51,777 nt of DNA from a virus (IMGVR_UViG_3300016666_000162:1-51777), one strand, 5' to 3'. Shown: positions 27,808 through 36,544, numbered from the stretch's first letter. Numbers and translations: made by a program. Notes: generated by a model from the sequence alone, not told the origin.

Positions 27808-27823
27808 CTGCATCCCTCATGAT

Positions 27824-27862
27824 TGCGCGCCACGATTTGGCGAATTCGAAAACGTGGCGCGG
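27824..27862. repeat. Palindromic 16-8-15 element, copy 1
   Basis: TGCGCGCCACGATTTG-GCGAATTC-GAAAACGTGGCGCGG. Confidence 0.85.
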
Positions 27863-27863
27863 A

Positions 27864-28208
27864 TTACTTGCCCCGGCGCTCAATACCACCAGGCGCCTTG
27901 TCACAGCTCAGGCAGCGCTCGCAGTTCAACGTCCGGCACAGCCAAGCCTTGACACGCGGCCAATGGTTGGCGACGAACCAGTGTCTTAGGCCAGCCAATG
28001 CGAGCGCTCCATGGAAGGTGACGCCTGCAGCACTGGGGCTGAGGAGCACAGTTTCGCCCCGGGTAGCAATCGCAAACCCGGACACGGCGATCGCCGCGTA
28101 AATGATCTTGCCGACAATACCGTCTCTCACCTTGTGGCTCAGTACGCACCAGGTCGCCCAAATGGCGATGATGGAGACGAAAGCCGTGCTCAATGTTTGA
28201 AGGCTCAT
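27864..28208 (-). CDS. Membrane protein beside holin (holin/antiholin-like)
   Basis: About 3 TM segments and a Cys-rich C-terminal tail. Confidence 0.65.
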   Translation of the reverse strand: MSLQTLSTAFVSIIAIWATWCVLSHKVRDGIVGKIIYAAIAVSGFAIATRGETVLLSPSAAGVTFHGALALAGLRHWFVANHWPRVKAWLCRTLNCERCLSCDKAPGGIERRGK

Positions 28209-28211
28209 GAA

Positions 28212-28532
28212 TTAACCCCCTCCGAGCTTCGAGCGGATAAGCGCCCAGATGTCGGCGGCTTTGATGGCCCGGTTGATGGCAGTCAGGAGTGACCCGCCGA
28301 ACGCCCCAAGAAGGAACCCAACACCGGCAACATTGCTGGGATCAGTCACAGCCAGCCGGTCGCAAACAATGCCCGTCAAGTACAGGGCGCAGGCAATACC
28401 CGTCAGCAGGAAGATGACCCAGGACCAGAGATCCTTGAGGTCGTCCTTGCTCCACCAGCTCGCGATGATGGCGCCGACTACCCCGGCAAGGATCAGGTCG
28501 GCCTTGTCGAGCAAGCGATGCAGGAATTCCAT
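28212..28532 (-). CDS. Holin
   Basis: 106 aa with 3 TM segments; first gene of the late operon. Confidence 0.75.
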   Translation of the reverse strand: MEFLHRLLDKADLILAGVVGAIIASWWSKDDLKDLWSWVIFLLTGIACALYLTGIVCDRLAVTDPSNVAGVGFLLGAFGGSLLTAINRAIKAADIWALIRSKLGGG

Positions 28533-28911
28533 GCGCTCGACCTCTCAGTTGCATGATTGAATAAAAGGGCCGGTGTGAGCGGCCAAACGCTGGGGAGCAG
28601 CGGCGAATAGATCAGCCCCGGCGACACTCACAGCTCAGAGCGAAGGGTGTGGCGGGGCCGAAAACAAGAAGGCCCCGATCAATGTCGAGGCCCTGAATAG
28701 GTGCGCGTGTCTTCCCACGCTGCCAGCCAAAGACCATCACGGCGTCGACACCCAAGTGCATCGATCTCGCCGCTCCTGTCTCGCGCCACCCTGAAAGCGT
28801 GTTAGGTCAGAGCGCGTGGGCTGCCGGTGTTTTTCCGTAGCGCTGCACTACCGGCTTATCAGCGTCCAGGCCTCCCGAGGGCTGCCCTGGCTGCAGTGAA
28901 TTTTGAGCAAT

Positions 28912-28943
28912 AAAAAACCCGGCGCAGTGGCCGGGCTCTTTTT
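28912..28943 (-). terminator. tR'-like terminator
   Basis: CCCGGC/GCCGGG stem with U6 on the minus strand, shortly downstream of the late promoter. Confidence 0.75.
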
Positions 28944-28981
28944 AGTCAGTCCTACACACGCAGGAATGACAGGATGGGTAT

Positions 28982-29010
28982 AATTTCTCTCACTTTCTCA
29001 CTGTTGTCAA
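28982..29010 (-). promoter_or_regulatory. Late promoter pR' with putative Q-binding direct repeat
   Basis: TTGACA at 29010-29005 right after the Q stop; AGTGAGA twice in the spacer; -10 weak. Confidence 0.65.
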
Positions 29011-29013
29011 TAG

Positions 29014-29700
29014 CTATGCCGCGTCCTGAACTAAAAGGCCTTCCTCTTCAAGAATCAACCGAACCTCTGCGAGCGCTTCCTTGACCATCAAGTTGAGCTC
29101 TTTCTTGATTCCGTCTCTCCAGCGATATCGGGTTGACTCGGGCGCCGCATCGATATCCCAAGTATTCATGTCGTAAAAGCTGTCGGGAAGAACGATCAGA
29201 TCCTGATCCAGCGCCTCAAGCCTTGCGCGCTCCGACTTCCCAGCTGCAATCGCTGCGCTGATCAATTTATCGCGGCGAGAGTCATCGACCTCAAGAGGGA
29301 TTTCCACCGTTACCGATGTTGGCCCTTTCCGCTTTGCTCCTTTCATCTTCGGGATCGACCAAGTGGTGACGGCCTTATGTACGAACAGCGCTGGTGCAGG
29401 GCTAGGCACCAGAGGGATGATGCCGGTGATCGCCTGCAACCGCCTGGCACGGCCAGTGCTGTACTTAGCCCCCAGCACGTCCCAGTGGCGAGGCTTGAGC
29501 ATGTGGTGCAGTCGAGCGGCCAGCCAATAGTCAACCTGGGCTCGGTCCAAATCACCGCCACCAGAAGAGAGTGATGCAAGGCAGCCGCCATCCTCTTCGC
29601 TGGGGTTGTAGAGCTTCTGCCATGCCTGCCCCTTAGATGTGCCCCTCTCACCAGCGGCAAGCGCTGCAACGACCGCTCCTGATACGCTCGAATAAATCAT
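29014..29700 (-). CDS. Late antiterminator (Q-like)
   Basis: Position after the nin region and before promoter plus terminator; C-terminal ESTRYRWR helix; mainly synteny. Confidence 0.6.
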   Translation of the reverse strand: MIYSSVSGAVVAALAAGERGTSKGQAWQKLYNPSEEDGGCLASLSSGGGDLDRAQVDYWLAARLHHMLKPRHWDVLGAKYSTGRARRLQAITGIIPLVPSPAPALFVHKAVTTWSIPKMKGAKRKGPTSVTVEIPLEVDDSRRDKLISAAIAAGKSERARLEALDQDLIVLPDSFYDMNTWDIDAAPESTRYRWRDGIKKELNLMVKEALAEVRLILEEEGLLVQDAA

Positions 29701-29768
29701 GCTGCAGCCCTCTTGAGTTCTCTGGTCTTTGCCCGGTATTCGGCGGTCATCGCCTTGATCTCTTCCAT
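29697..29768 (-). pseudogene. Remnant of an ancestral ninG 3' end (23-aa minigene)
   Basis: MEEIKAMTAEYRAKTRELKRAAA* resembles a NinG C-terminal helix; ATGA overlap with Q. Confidence 0.65.
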
Positions 29769-29772
29769 GTCG

Positions 29773-30405
29773 CTAGGCCCTCAAATGCGGCAGGTCGTTC
29801 GCCGCCAGGTAATCGTTGCGCGCCTTAATTGCGTCCTTGATGTCCTTGAATCGGCCGAGATGTATTTGCTTTTTCTGCCACTGGACCTTTGCCGACCACT
29901 TGCCTCGATCCCAAGAAACCCCGACATGACCGCTGGTGTTCTTATCGGTGAGACGACGATTTGCCGCCTGGACGTTGTAGTCCGCGTACCGGCAGTTTCC
30001 TGGCTCGTACCCTTTGGAGGACTCGATGCGGTCAAGGGTCAGCTCATCGGTGTAGCCATTGACTAGCGACCACTGCATGAATGGCTCGAAGCTCATCCAC
30101 TCATCGCAGAGGGTGACGCCCTCGTACTTCTGCACCTCGGTGCCCCTTGGGCTCAGGCATCGCCGCTTCATGTTTGACCAAGTCACATGCAGCCGGCTGT
30201 TTCTGTTGTTGAACCCGTGGGTTGAGCGCTTTTGGCCACCGCGCTTGTTGGCACAAGGGATACAAAGCCCGGTCATGAACTTTGCTCGCTCAGTGCGCGT
30301 CTCAAACTCACCAAGGCAATCTCGGCACTGGAACACCCCGATAGATCGCCGGCCACCGGAGCGGATTTCGGTGAATTTCCGCAGAAGAATCACATCGCTG
30401 CACAT
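29773..30405 (-). CDS. HNH-AP2 homing endonuclease-like protein
   Basis: WSNMKRRC, TLDRI-GYEPGNCR, AP2 segment SGHVGVSW-KW-HLGRF. Confidence 0.85.
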   Translation of the reverse strand: MCSDVILLRKFTEIRSGGRRSIGVFQCRDCLGEFETRTERAKFMTGLCIPCANKRGGQKRSTHGFNNRNSRLHVTWSNMKRRCLSPRGTEVQKYEGVTLCDEWMSFEPFMQWSLVNGYTDELTLDRIESSKGYEPGNCRYADYNVQAANRRLTDKNTSGHVGVSWDRGKWSAKVQWQKKQIHLGRFKDIKDAIKARNDYLAANDLPHLRA

Positions 30406-31001
30406 GAGACGAACCCCTCGTATCGTTTTTCAAGACGCTTTGCCTTCTTCGTGAATACCGACTTCAAGCGCTTCAGATATGGGATTTCATGGCGGACTAG
30501 ATCCTGATTGCACTCCAGCCATGCAACCTTTTCGGCGCCGATCTTCTCGACCAGGCGAGGCCGGTAAACCATGATGTTTCCGCTCAGGTGGGCATTGCAT
30601 TGAGAGCAGGACTTGTTCATGTTCCAGAGGTTGAAGCGCAGATGTGCGGCGGCGCCAACGCTGCGGAAGTGAGAGCAATGCCATTGGCCGCCCCAGGTCG
30701 CTGGCTTGTCGCAACTGATGCAGCCAAGGTGCGCGTCACGCAGCCTGACGTAGCGGTTTATGACCGCCTGGGCCTCTTTGGCATGATCCGCCCGAGTCTT
30801 GAGCGCCTCTTTGCGTACCTTGATATCAGCGCGGCCGACCTGGGCCAGCGACTTGCGCGCCCTATCCTGGTTCACGTCCTTGATGGCCAGGCCGCACTTC
30901 GGACTGCATACCGCCTGCCCAAGGCGCTGCGGGACGAATGAGGCCCTGCATGCTGGGTTTTTGCAGGTCTTGGGCTTGGGTTGCTTGCGCTCAATGGTCA
31001 T
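30390..31001 (-). CDS. ninG: NinG/Rap recombination endonuclease
   Basis: CSPKC, YVRLRD-CISC, HFRSVG, CSQCNAHLSGN. Confidence 0.9.
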   Translation of the reverse strand: MTIERKQPKPKTCKNPACRASFVPQRLGQAVCSPKCGLAIKDVNQDRARKSLAQVGRADIKVRKEALKTRADHAKEAQAVINRYVRLRDAHLGCISCDKPATWGGQWHCSHFRSVGAAAHLRFNLWNMNKSCSQCNAHLSGNIMVYRPRLVEKIGAEKVAWLECNQDLVRHEIPYLKRLKSVFTKKAKRLEKRYEGFVSCAAM

Positions 31002-31213
31002 TGGTACACGCTCCCTGGCTGGCAGGGCTCATTGCTATCCGTGCATGCCAAGTCATGGTCGCTTGCCTTGGGGCAGCGCTTGCAACCACACGTAGGGCAC
31101 AGGATCATTTTCGTGGATGACAACGGCAGCCAGCCAAACGGACCTTTGGTACCCAGTTTGTAATCAGCGATACAGCGGTGGCATTCGCAGTTGAGTGGGC
31201 TGATTACAGGCAT
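30998..31213 (-). CDS. Small Cys-rich protein
   Basis: CECHRC and MILCPTCGCKRCPKASDH. Confidence 0.7.
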   Translation of the reverse strand: MPVISPLNCECHRCIADYKLGTKGPFGWLPLSSTKMILCPTCGCKRCPKASDHDLACTDSNEPCQPGSVYQ

Positions 31214-31518
31214 GGCTCGCCCTCCTTGGCTTTCTGCTGCTCGGGCGCGAAATCGCCGCGCAGAGGCATGAGATGGCGCGGCTCGTGAATGCCGAAGTCG
31301 CCCTGCACAGGCTCTGCATCGGCAATCCAGCAAAGCCCGTCCCCGACCACCACCCAGCAAGGCACGTCGTCATGCTGGTAGGCGATGCCGTTGGGCGCGA
31401 TGTAGAAATCGCCCTTCACGATGAATCGCCGCAGCTCGCACTGCTTGCCGATGTTCTGGGTCAGTGAGTTGGCGCCTATGATCACGGCAACGTCGCCAGG
31501 CTCGAAGTTATGGCTCAT
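31204..31518 (-). CDS. Hypothetical nin-region protein
   Basis: FEPGDVAVII and HLMPLRGDF; coupled on both sides. Confidence 0.7.
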   Translation of the reverse strand: MSHNFEPGDVAVIIGANSLTQNIGKQCELRRFIVKGDFYIAPNGIAYQHDDVPCWVVVGDGLCWIADAEPVQGDFGIHEPRHLMPLRGDFAPEQQKAKEGEPCL

Positions 31519-31985
31519 GCAGCCTCCTTGCTCAGCAGATCGGTGAACACAACGCCCTGGCCGGTGAAGTAATTGGCCATGCGGTCGGTGTACTGGACGC
31601 CCTGGGCGCGATTGAACAGGCTGGTCACCGGGAAACCGTCAGGGCCGAACAGGTGGCACTCCCCCATCATGGCCAGCTTGGTTTCGTAGGGAAGATGGCG
31701 CATGACCCGATACCACTCGGCTTGGAAGCCAGCGTCCTCGTTCAGCAGGATCTGCACGCCGAAGTGCAGCTTGCAGTACCGGCGAGCGTCGGCCGCGTCG
31801 CCGATCTGGGTCATCTCGGAAATTCGCTTGTACATCGCGAACCACAAGGCGTTCTGGTCGAGCGTACGGTCCTTGCCAGGCCGAAGGGAGACCACCACGA
31901 ACTTATTGTCCCGGTACATGGTAGTCAGGCAGGTGATGGCCTCGGAGAGCTTGGCCTGGCAGTTGACGCTGATCTTGTCGGTCAT
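31515..31985 (-). CDS. NinB-like protein
   Basis: RTLDQNALW motif and nin-region position. Confidence 0.65.
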   Translation of the reverse strand: MTDKISVNCQAKLSEAITCLTTMYRDNKFVVVSLRPGKDRTLDQNALWFAMYKRISEMTQIGDAADARRYCKLHFGVQILLNEDAGFQAEWYRVMRHLPYETKLAMMGECHLFGPDGFPVTSLFNRAQGVQYTDRMANYFTGQGVVFTDLLSKEAA

Positions 31986-32521
31986 GGCTCCTCCCGCTCG
32001 ATCATTGCGCGCAGATCGGTATCCAGGTCATGAACCGTGGCCCAGTCGTGGCCGATGTTCATGTGCACGGCCACCACGTCGTTGCTCGGCTGATCGCACT
32101 TCTTGCGTAGCCATGTGTAGAGGACGTGCGCTTCGGTCATTACTTCGACGTTTTGCTCAAGCATCCCGTTGCGGCGGGTGAGCTTGTCGTTAGATTCATG
32201 CAGCGCCTCCACCTCAGCCTTCAGCTCAGCATTCACCCGCTCGTAGGCTTCGTAGCCGGTGCGTAGGCCGGCGATTTCGGCGCGGAGCTTGTCGCGTTCC
32301 CGGCGCGCTGAATCTCTTGCGGCACATAGCTTGCGAAGCTCTCCACTGTCTCGGCCGTGCTGGGCGTGAAGTCCGTCAACCTCGGCGATAAGGGCCAGGA
32401 CTACATCAGGTCGGGCGGCATCAATAAAACGCTCGCACTCGGGACGCTCAAATAGCTTGCTGTCTGGCCAGTTACGCAATGCAGCCTCGGCCAGCCGCTT
32501 CAGTGCGGTGTAGTCGGTCAT
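31982..32521 (-). CDS. Ea22/Ead-like coiled-coil protein
   Basis: MTDYTALKRLAEAA and FIDAARPDVVLALIAE. Confidence 0.7.
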   Translation of the reverse strand: MTDYTALKRLAEAALRNWPDSKLFERPECERFIDAARPDVVLALIAEVDGLHAQHGRDSGELRKLCAARDSARRERDKLRAEIAGLRTGYEAYERVNAELKAEVEALHESNDKLTRRNGMLEQNVEVMTEAHVLYTWLRKKCDQPSNDVVAVHMNIGHDWATVHDLDTDLRAMIEREEP

Positions 32522-33171
32522 CACGCGGCCTCCTGTGCGTTCCAGCACTGGATGATTTTTTGAGAGAATTGGGACAGCGCCCATTCGGCACGACTAGCTT
32601 GGCGATGCTGGGCCAGCTTCCGCTGGTTGATTGGCCCGTGGAGGCCCTTCAGGTACGTCTCGCGCGCCTGACGATCCATCCAGCCCATAACGACCTCTTC
32701 GACGATGTCGCCAATACACACAAAGTCAGGTCGGCGCTGATGCTCGCCGGCCGAGAGGTATGCAGCGTAGATGTGAATACCAAACCAGCGCCTTACCGCT
32801 GCGCCAATTTCCGCAGTGGAGTAGCTGACCTCGCCCCGCTCGCTGAAATAGCTCAGCATTCCGTGGAACAGTTCGCCGCCAATCATCTCGGCACGGCCGT
32901 AAGCGAATACCACAGGAAAGCCAGTGGCCCGCTGGGCGTCCCACGCCTTTTCGCGCTCAACCAGGCTCGGTATAGGCCCCTTTACCTCGATGAATGCACC
33001 AACTGCCGGCAGGAAAAAGTCGGGCATGTAGCCGCCGTGGCGGGTGACCACTGTGCGCGGCTCGTATACCCAGGCCACCCCCATCGCATCCATCATCGCC
33101 GCCCAGCGAGTTTCAGAGTGGGAGCGCATTTCGTAGCCGCCGTAGCGGAAAATCGTTTGCTTGTCTCTCAT
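32521..33171 (-). CDS. PD-(D/E)XK nuclease-like protein
   Basis: RSHSE-WVYEP-YMPDFFLP-FIEVKG. Confidence 0.65.
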   Translation of the reverse strand: MRDKQTIFRYGGYEMRSHSETRWAAMMDAMGVAWVYEPRTVVTRHGGYMPDFFLPAVGAFIEVKGPIPSLVEREKAWDAQRATGFPVVFAYGRAEMIGGELFHGMLSYFSERGEVSYSTAEIGAAVRRWFGIHIYAAYLSAGEHQRRPDFVCIGDIVEEVVMGWMDRQARETYLKGLHGPINQRKLAQHRQASRAEWALSQFSQKIIQCWNAQEAA

Positions 33172-34511
33172 CAGAAATTCACCTTCACGGCGTTGTCTTG
33201 GCGGGCGTGATTGGCCAGCGGCAGGAATCGGGACTTGGCGCCCTGGAAGGCAGTCGGGACCATGCCGATCTCCCCATCCCGGTTTTTGCGGATGAGAATT
33301 TCGCCAATGCCTTTGTCCTGGGTGTTCGGGTGATAAACCTCGTCGCGGTACACGAACATCACGATGTCAGCGTCTTGCTCGATGGCGCCCGACTCGCGTA
33401 GGTCGCTAAGTACCGGACGCTTGTCTGGGCGCCCTTCGCAACCGCGATTGAGCTGGGACAGGATGATCACCGGGCAATCCAGCTCACGAGCCAGCAGCTT
33501 GATCTGACGGGACATGGCGGTAACGTCTTCGGTGCGCCCCTTGCCCTCGCCTTCCACCAGGCCGAGATAGTCGATGACCACGAGACCGAGAGAGCCCATA
33601 CGGTGCGACTGGCGCCGCGCAATGGAACGGATGCGAGGCATCGTCATAACCGGCACGTCAGAGACCGCTATGGGCGCGTCACGAAGCCTAAGCACCGCCG
33701 CGTTCAACTCTGTCGAGTAGTCGTTGCTGCACTCGCCTGTTTTCAGCGAAGGGAGCGGTATACCGCCTACTGCCGCAAGCAGCCGATCCATGAGCTGGGT
33801 CTTGCTCATCTCCAAGCTGATGACGAGCACAGACTTTTTCTGGTTGATCGCCACGTCGGCGGCGATGTTCATGGCCAGGGTTGTCTTGCCCATTGCAGGC
33901 CGGCCGGCCACCACGATCATCTGGCCGGACTTGAGCCCCTGGGTGTAACCATCCAGATCGGGGATGCCGGTGCCGAGACCGTCGATGGTCACACCTGCCG
34001 CGAACTTATCCAGCCGGACCTGAAGCACCTCAACGTGATCAATGAGGATGTCGCCGATCATCTGGCACTCGCCATCACTGCCGCTGCTGTCCAGGCCAAG
34101 CACGATGGATTGAGCGAGGGAAATCTTGTCCTCGATGCTCGCCTCTTCGTGGGCCACCTCGTTGATTCTGGCGGCGGCGGCCGACATCAGGCGGCACACG
34201 GCGCGCTCCCGGATGATCTTCGCGTAAACCATTGCGTTGGCAACGCTGGCCGTATTCGACTGGATCTCTGCGGCATACGCAGCAACACGAACGCCACTGG
34301 CAAGTTCGGCGCGGCGGTCATGCAGGGTCACGATATCGACCGGCTGCCCGTCGGCGTGCATTTCAAGGATCAGGCGGTACAGCTCAGCGTTGTCTTCCCA
34401 CGAGAAGGCGTCGGCCGATAGCTGGTCGCTGAGCACGTCGATCAGATGAGGCTGGCAAAGCATGGCGCCGATAACGCCGTGCTCAGCCTCGATACTGTGA
34501 AGTTCCATCAT
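33171..34511 (-). CDS. dnaB: Replicative DNA helicase (DnaB family)
   Basis: AGRPAMGKT, SLEMS, VIDYL, LSQLNR, DLRESGAIEQDAD. Confidence 0.95.
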   Translation of the reverse strand: MMELHSIEAEHGVIGAMLCQPHLIDVLSDQLSADAFSWEDNAELYRLILEMHADGQPVDIVTLHDRRAELASGVRVAAYAAEIQSNTASVANAMVYAKIIRERAVCRLMSAAAARINEVAHEEASIEDKISLAQSIVLGLDSSGSDGECQMIGDILIDHVEVLQVRLDKFAAGVTIDGLGTGIPDLDGYTQGLKSGQMIVVAGRPAMGKTTLAMNIAADVAINQKKSVLVISLEMSKTQLMDRLLAAVGGIPLPSLKTGECSNDYSTELNAAVLRLRDAPIAVSDVPVMTMPRIRSIARRQSHRMGSLGLVVIDYLGLVEGEGKGRTEDVTAMSRQIKLLARELDCPVIILSQLNRGCEGRPDKRPVLSDLRESGAIEQDADIVMFVYRDEVYHPNTQDKGIGEILIRKNRDGEIGMVPTAFQGAKSRFLPLANHARQDNAVKVNF

Positions 34512-35389
34512 TGGGTCGCCTCCGAGATTTCACGGAAAACGGCGCGACTAACGAGGGCCTCAAGGCGAGGCGCTACGTTTTGCCCACGAAAGAAAACCTG
34601 ATTCCGGTTGTTCGCCTTCTGGAAGAAGGGAAGCCAGAAGGCTTGGCCGCTCTGGTGCTCGGGAGATTCATTCCAGCGCTCAACGATCATGGATCGAAGA
34701 ACTTTGTCGGAAGGAACGGTAACGGCCGGCAGGTTAGGGCAGATCTGGTGATACAGGGCTATGACTTGATCGACCGGAACCCCTGTCTCGTCGACACTTG
34801 CGCCAGACTTACGAGAAAGCCAGTTGGACAAGAAGCGGTTCCAGTCTTTCTTCGGAGCGTTGCCAGCAGCCCAAACAGATGCGCGTTCAATTTCGAGATC
34901 GATGTTCACGCCAGGAAAGGCTTTGGCCCACTTCTGAAGCACCGCTTCTGTGACGATGAAATCCAGTCCATTGAACTGAACCTGGGGGGTGTTTTGCGCG
35001 GCAGCGCATTTACCCGGTTCATTGATAGGTTCAAGTGATAGGTTAGAGTCGCTCTCAGCTACTACCCCTAGTCGCACGCTGCTACTACCCTGGTCGCACA
35101 CAGCTACTACCCCCCGCAGATCAGCGCTCTTGTTAATGCGGTAGATATTTGGGAGATTCACGCCGTCAGACATCCGGCGAATAGTCGATAAGGCACCCAT
35201 GCTTTCGAGCTGTTTGATGGCTCGCATCACGGTGTCTCGGCTCATTCCAGTGTTGGATGCAATGGTGGTCAGGCTTGGGTAGCAGTCCCAAGTGTCGTTG
35301 CTGGCGTAGTTGGCCAGGATCATCAGGACAAACTTCTCGCGGGTAGGCAGCGTCTGATCGACTGCCCACGCCATTGCCTGAAAGCTCAT
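34508..35389 (-). CDS. Replication initiator with N-terminal wHTH
   Basis: KFVLMILANY-CYPSLTTIA-TGMSRDTV; internal iterons; precedes DnaB. Confidence 0.85.
   Translation of the reverse strand: MSFQAMAWAVDQTLPTREKFVLMILANYASNDTWDCYPSLTTIASNTGMSRDTVMRAIKQLESMGALSTIRRMSDGVNLPNIYRINKSADLRGVVAVCDQGSSSVRLGVVAESDSNLSLEPINEPGKCAAAQNTPQVQFNGLDFIVTEAVLQKWAKAFPGVNIDLEIERASVWAAGNAPKKDWNRFLSNWLSRKSGASVDETGVPVDQVIALYHQICPNLPAVTVPSDKVLRSMIVERWNESPEHQSGQAFWLPFFQKANNRNQVFFRGQNVAPRLEALVSRAVFREISEATQ
35048..35114. repeat. Replication-origin iterons (3 copies)
   Basis: GTCGC-N5-GCTACTACCC at 35048, 35071 and 35093; TGATAGGTT twice just to the left. Confidence 0.75.
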
Positions 35390-35694
35390 TGCAGCGTCTC
35401 CCACTGAGGGAAGCAGTCAGCCCTGAGAATCCGATTGAAGACCCTGTCGCGTATCGTTTGAGGGGCAACGCCGGTATAGCGTAGGACCAGGGCTTTCGCG
35501 GCCAGAACAGAAGTCATGAGCTCGAAACGAGCGCCACTAACACAGTCTTCGCACTTCGATTCTTCTGGATCCATGAAGACGCCCAAGGCGAATTCACTTT
35601 TGTTCCAAGCCATATAGGCCAGCTCGTCGTCAGAGAACTGCTCCATGTAGGTGTCATCGATCACTGTCGGTTTGGTTGATGGCTTGTCGCTCAT
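35386..35694 (-). CDS. Hypothetical protein
   Basis: 102 aa, overlapping both neighbours. Confidence 0.7.
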   Translation of the reverse strand: MSDKPSTKPTVIDDTYMEQFSDDELAYMAWNKSEFALGVFMDPEESKCEDCVSGARFELMTSVLAAKALVLRYTGVAPQTIRDRVFNRILRADCFPQWETLQ

Positions 35695-36536
35695 ACATCA
35701 CCCCCAAGCAGATCAGTCTCGCGACTGGCCCAGAGTGATTGCAGCTTGGTGAATCCTTTGCCAGTGACCTTGCAGGTGAACTTCGTTTTGCGCTCACCGG
35801 TTTCCGGGCATTTGTAGGAATGGGGCTCGGCGACCAAAAGGCCTGATTCAACCCGGCCCTGATAAGGGGTGTTGTGGCGATCAACCCAGCGCTGCTGACG
35901 CATGAAGGAGAACAAACGGTTCTGGCCGGTCCCGATAGATTGGGCGACTTCGCGAACCGAGTGAATACTGGTTGATGTGATGACGGCGTTGAAGAAGTCG
36001 ACCTTCGGCGCATCGGCGACAACCTTCTGCTCAAGCATCAGGTTTTCGTGGCTGAGCTCGGAGTTATCCGCTTCCAAGGCGACAACCTTCTTCACGTTGT
36101 CGGTCAGTAGAGCCAACAGCGTACGGGGATCATTGAGGGCCGCTGCGTAGTCGAAAACTGGCTTCGAGTGAACAAGGCTCCAGAATTCTTTGACGAGACG
36201 TTTCTTGAATTCCCGCACGACATCTGTGTTTCGCATGTAGGTGAGGATGAGCGTCGACTGTTGCTCATTTAGCAGTGCGAACTCGGTCGGGCGGCCGCCT
36301 GTACTTTCGGATTTGAAATCCAGAAGTCCAAACTCCTCAAGGTCGGCTTGGTAGGTGCGGACCAGCTTGATAACGCTCGCATGGTCAACGGCGCATCCGG
36401 CCGAGATTGCCATTGTTGTGGTGAAAGCCTGCCCTTCTATAAGGGAGACGATTTCCGTGCGCGCCACGATTTGAGGATGCTGAAAACGTGGCGCGGGATT
36501 ATTCAGGGCCTGTACATCGAGATTAGAGGTGTGCAT
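35691..36536 (-). CDS. Rha-family / KilAC antirepressor
   Basis: Rha LNEQQSTLILTYMRNT-FKKRLVKEF; KilAC PKVDF, GQNRLF, VTGKG. Confidence 0.88.
   Translation of the reverse strand: MHTSNLDVQALNNPAPRFQHPQIVARTEIVSLIEGQAFTTTMAISAGCAVDHASVIKLVRTYQADLEEFGLLDFKSESTGGRPTEFALLNEQQSTLILTYMRNTDVVREFKKRLVKEFWSLVHSKPVFDYAAALNDPRTLLALLTDNVKKVVALEADNSELSHENLMLEQKVVADAPKVDFFNAVITSTSIHSVREVAQSIGTGQNRLFSFMRQQRWVDRHNTPYQGRVESGLLVAEPHSYKCPETGERKTKFTCKVTGKGFTKLQSLWASRETDLLGGDV
36458..36496. repeat. Palindromic 16-8-15 element, copy 2
   Basis: TGCGCGCCACGATTTG-AGGATGCT-GAAAACGTGGCGCGG. Confidence 0.85.
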
Positions 36537-36544
36537 AATCGGCT

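Noticed and set aside
570-28532. Split lysis module (holins after Q, endolysin and spanins after the tail genes)
   Set aside because: Real, but a common arrangement in Pseudomonas temperate phages
28822-28865. CTGATAAG-stem-GGAAA resembling a hammerhead ribozyme core
   Set aside because: CUGAUGA and CGAAA core residues and stems I/III are not satisfied
28873-28901. Minus-strand TTCACTGCAGCCAGGGCAGC resembling a type I-F CRISPR repeat (possible RNA anti-CRISPR)
   Set aside because: About 15 of the first 21 bases match, but the 5-bp stem, GTATA loop and CTAAGAAA handle are absent; single copy and no array
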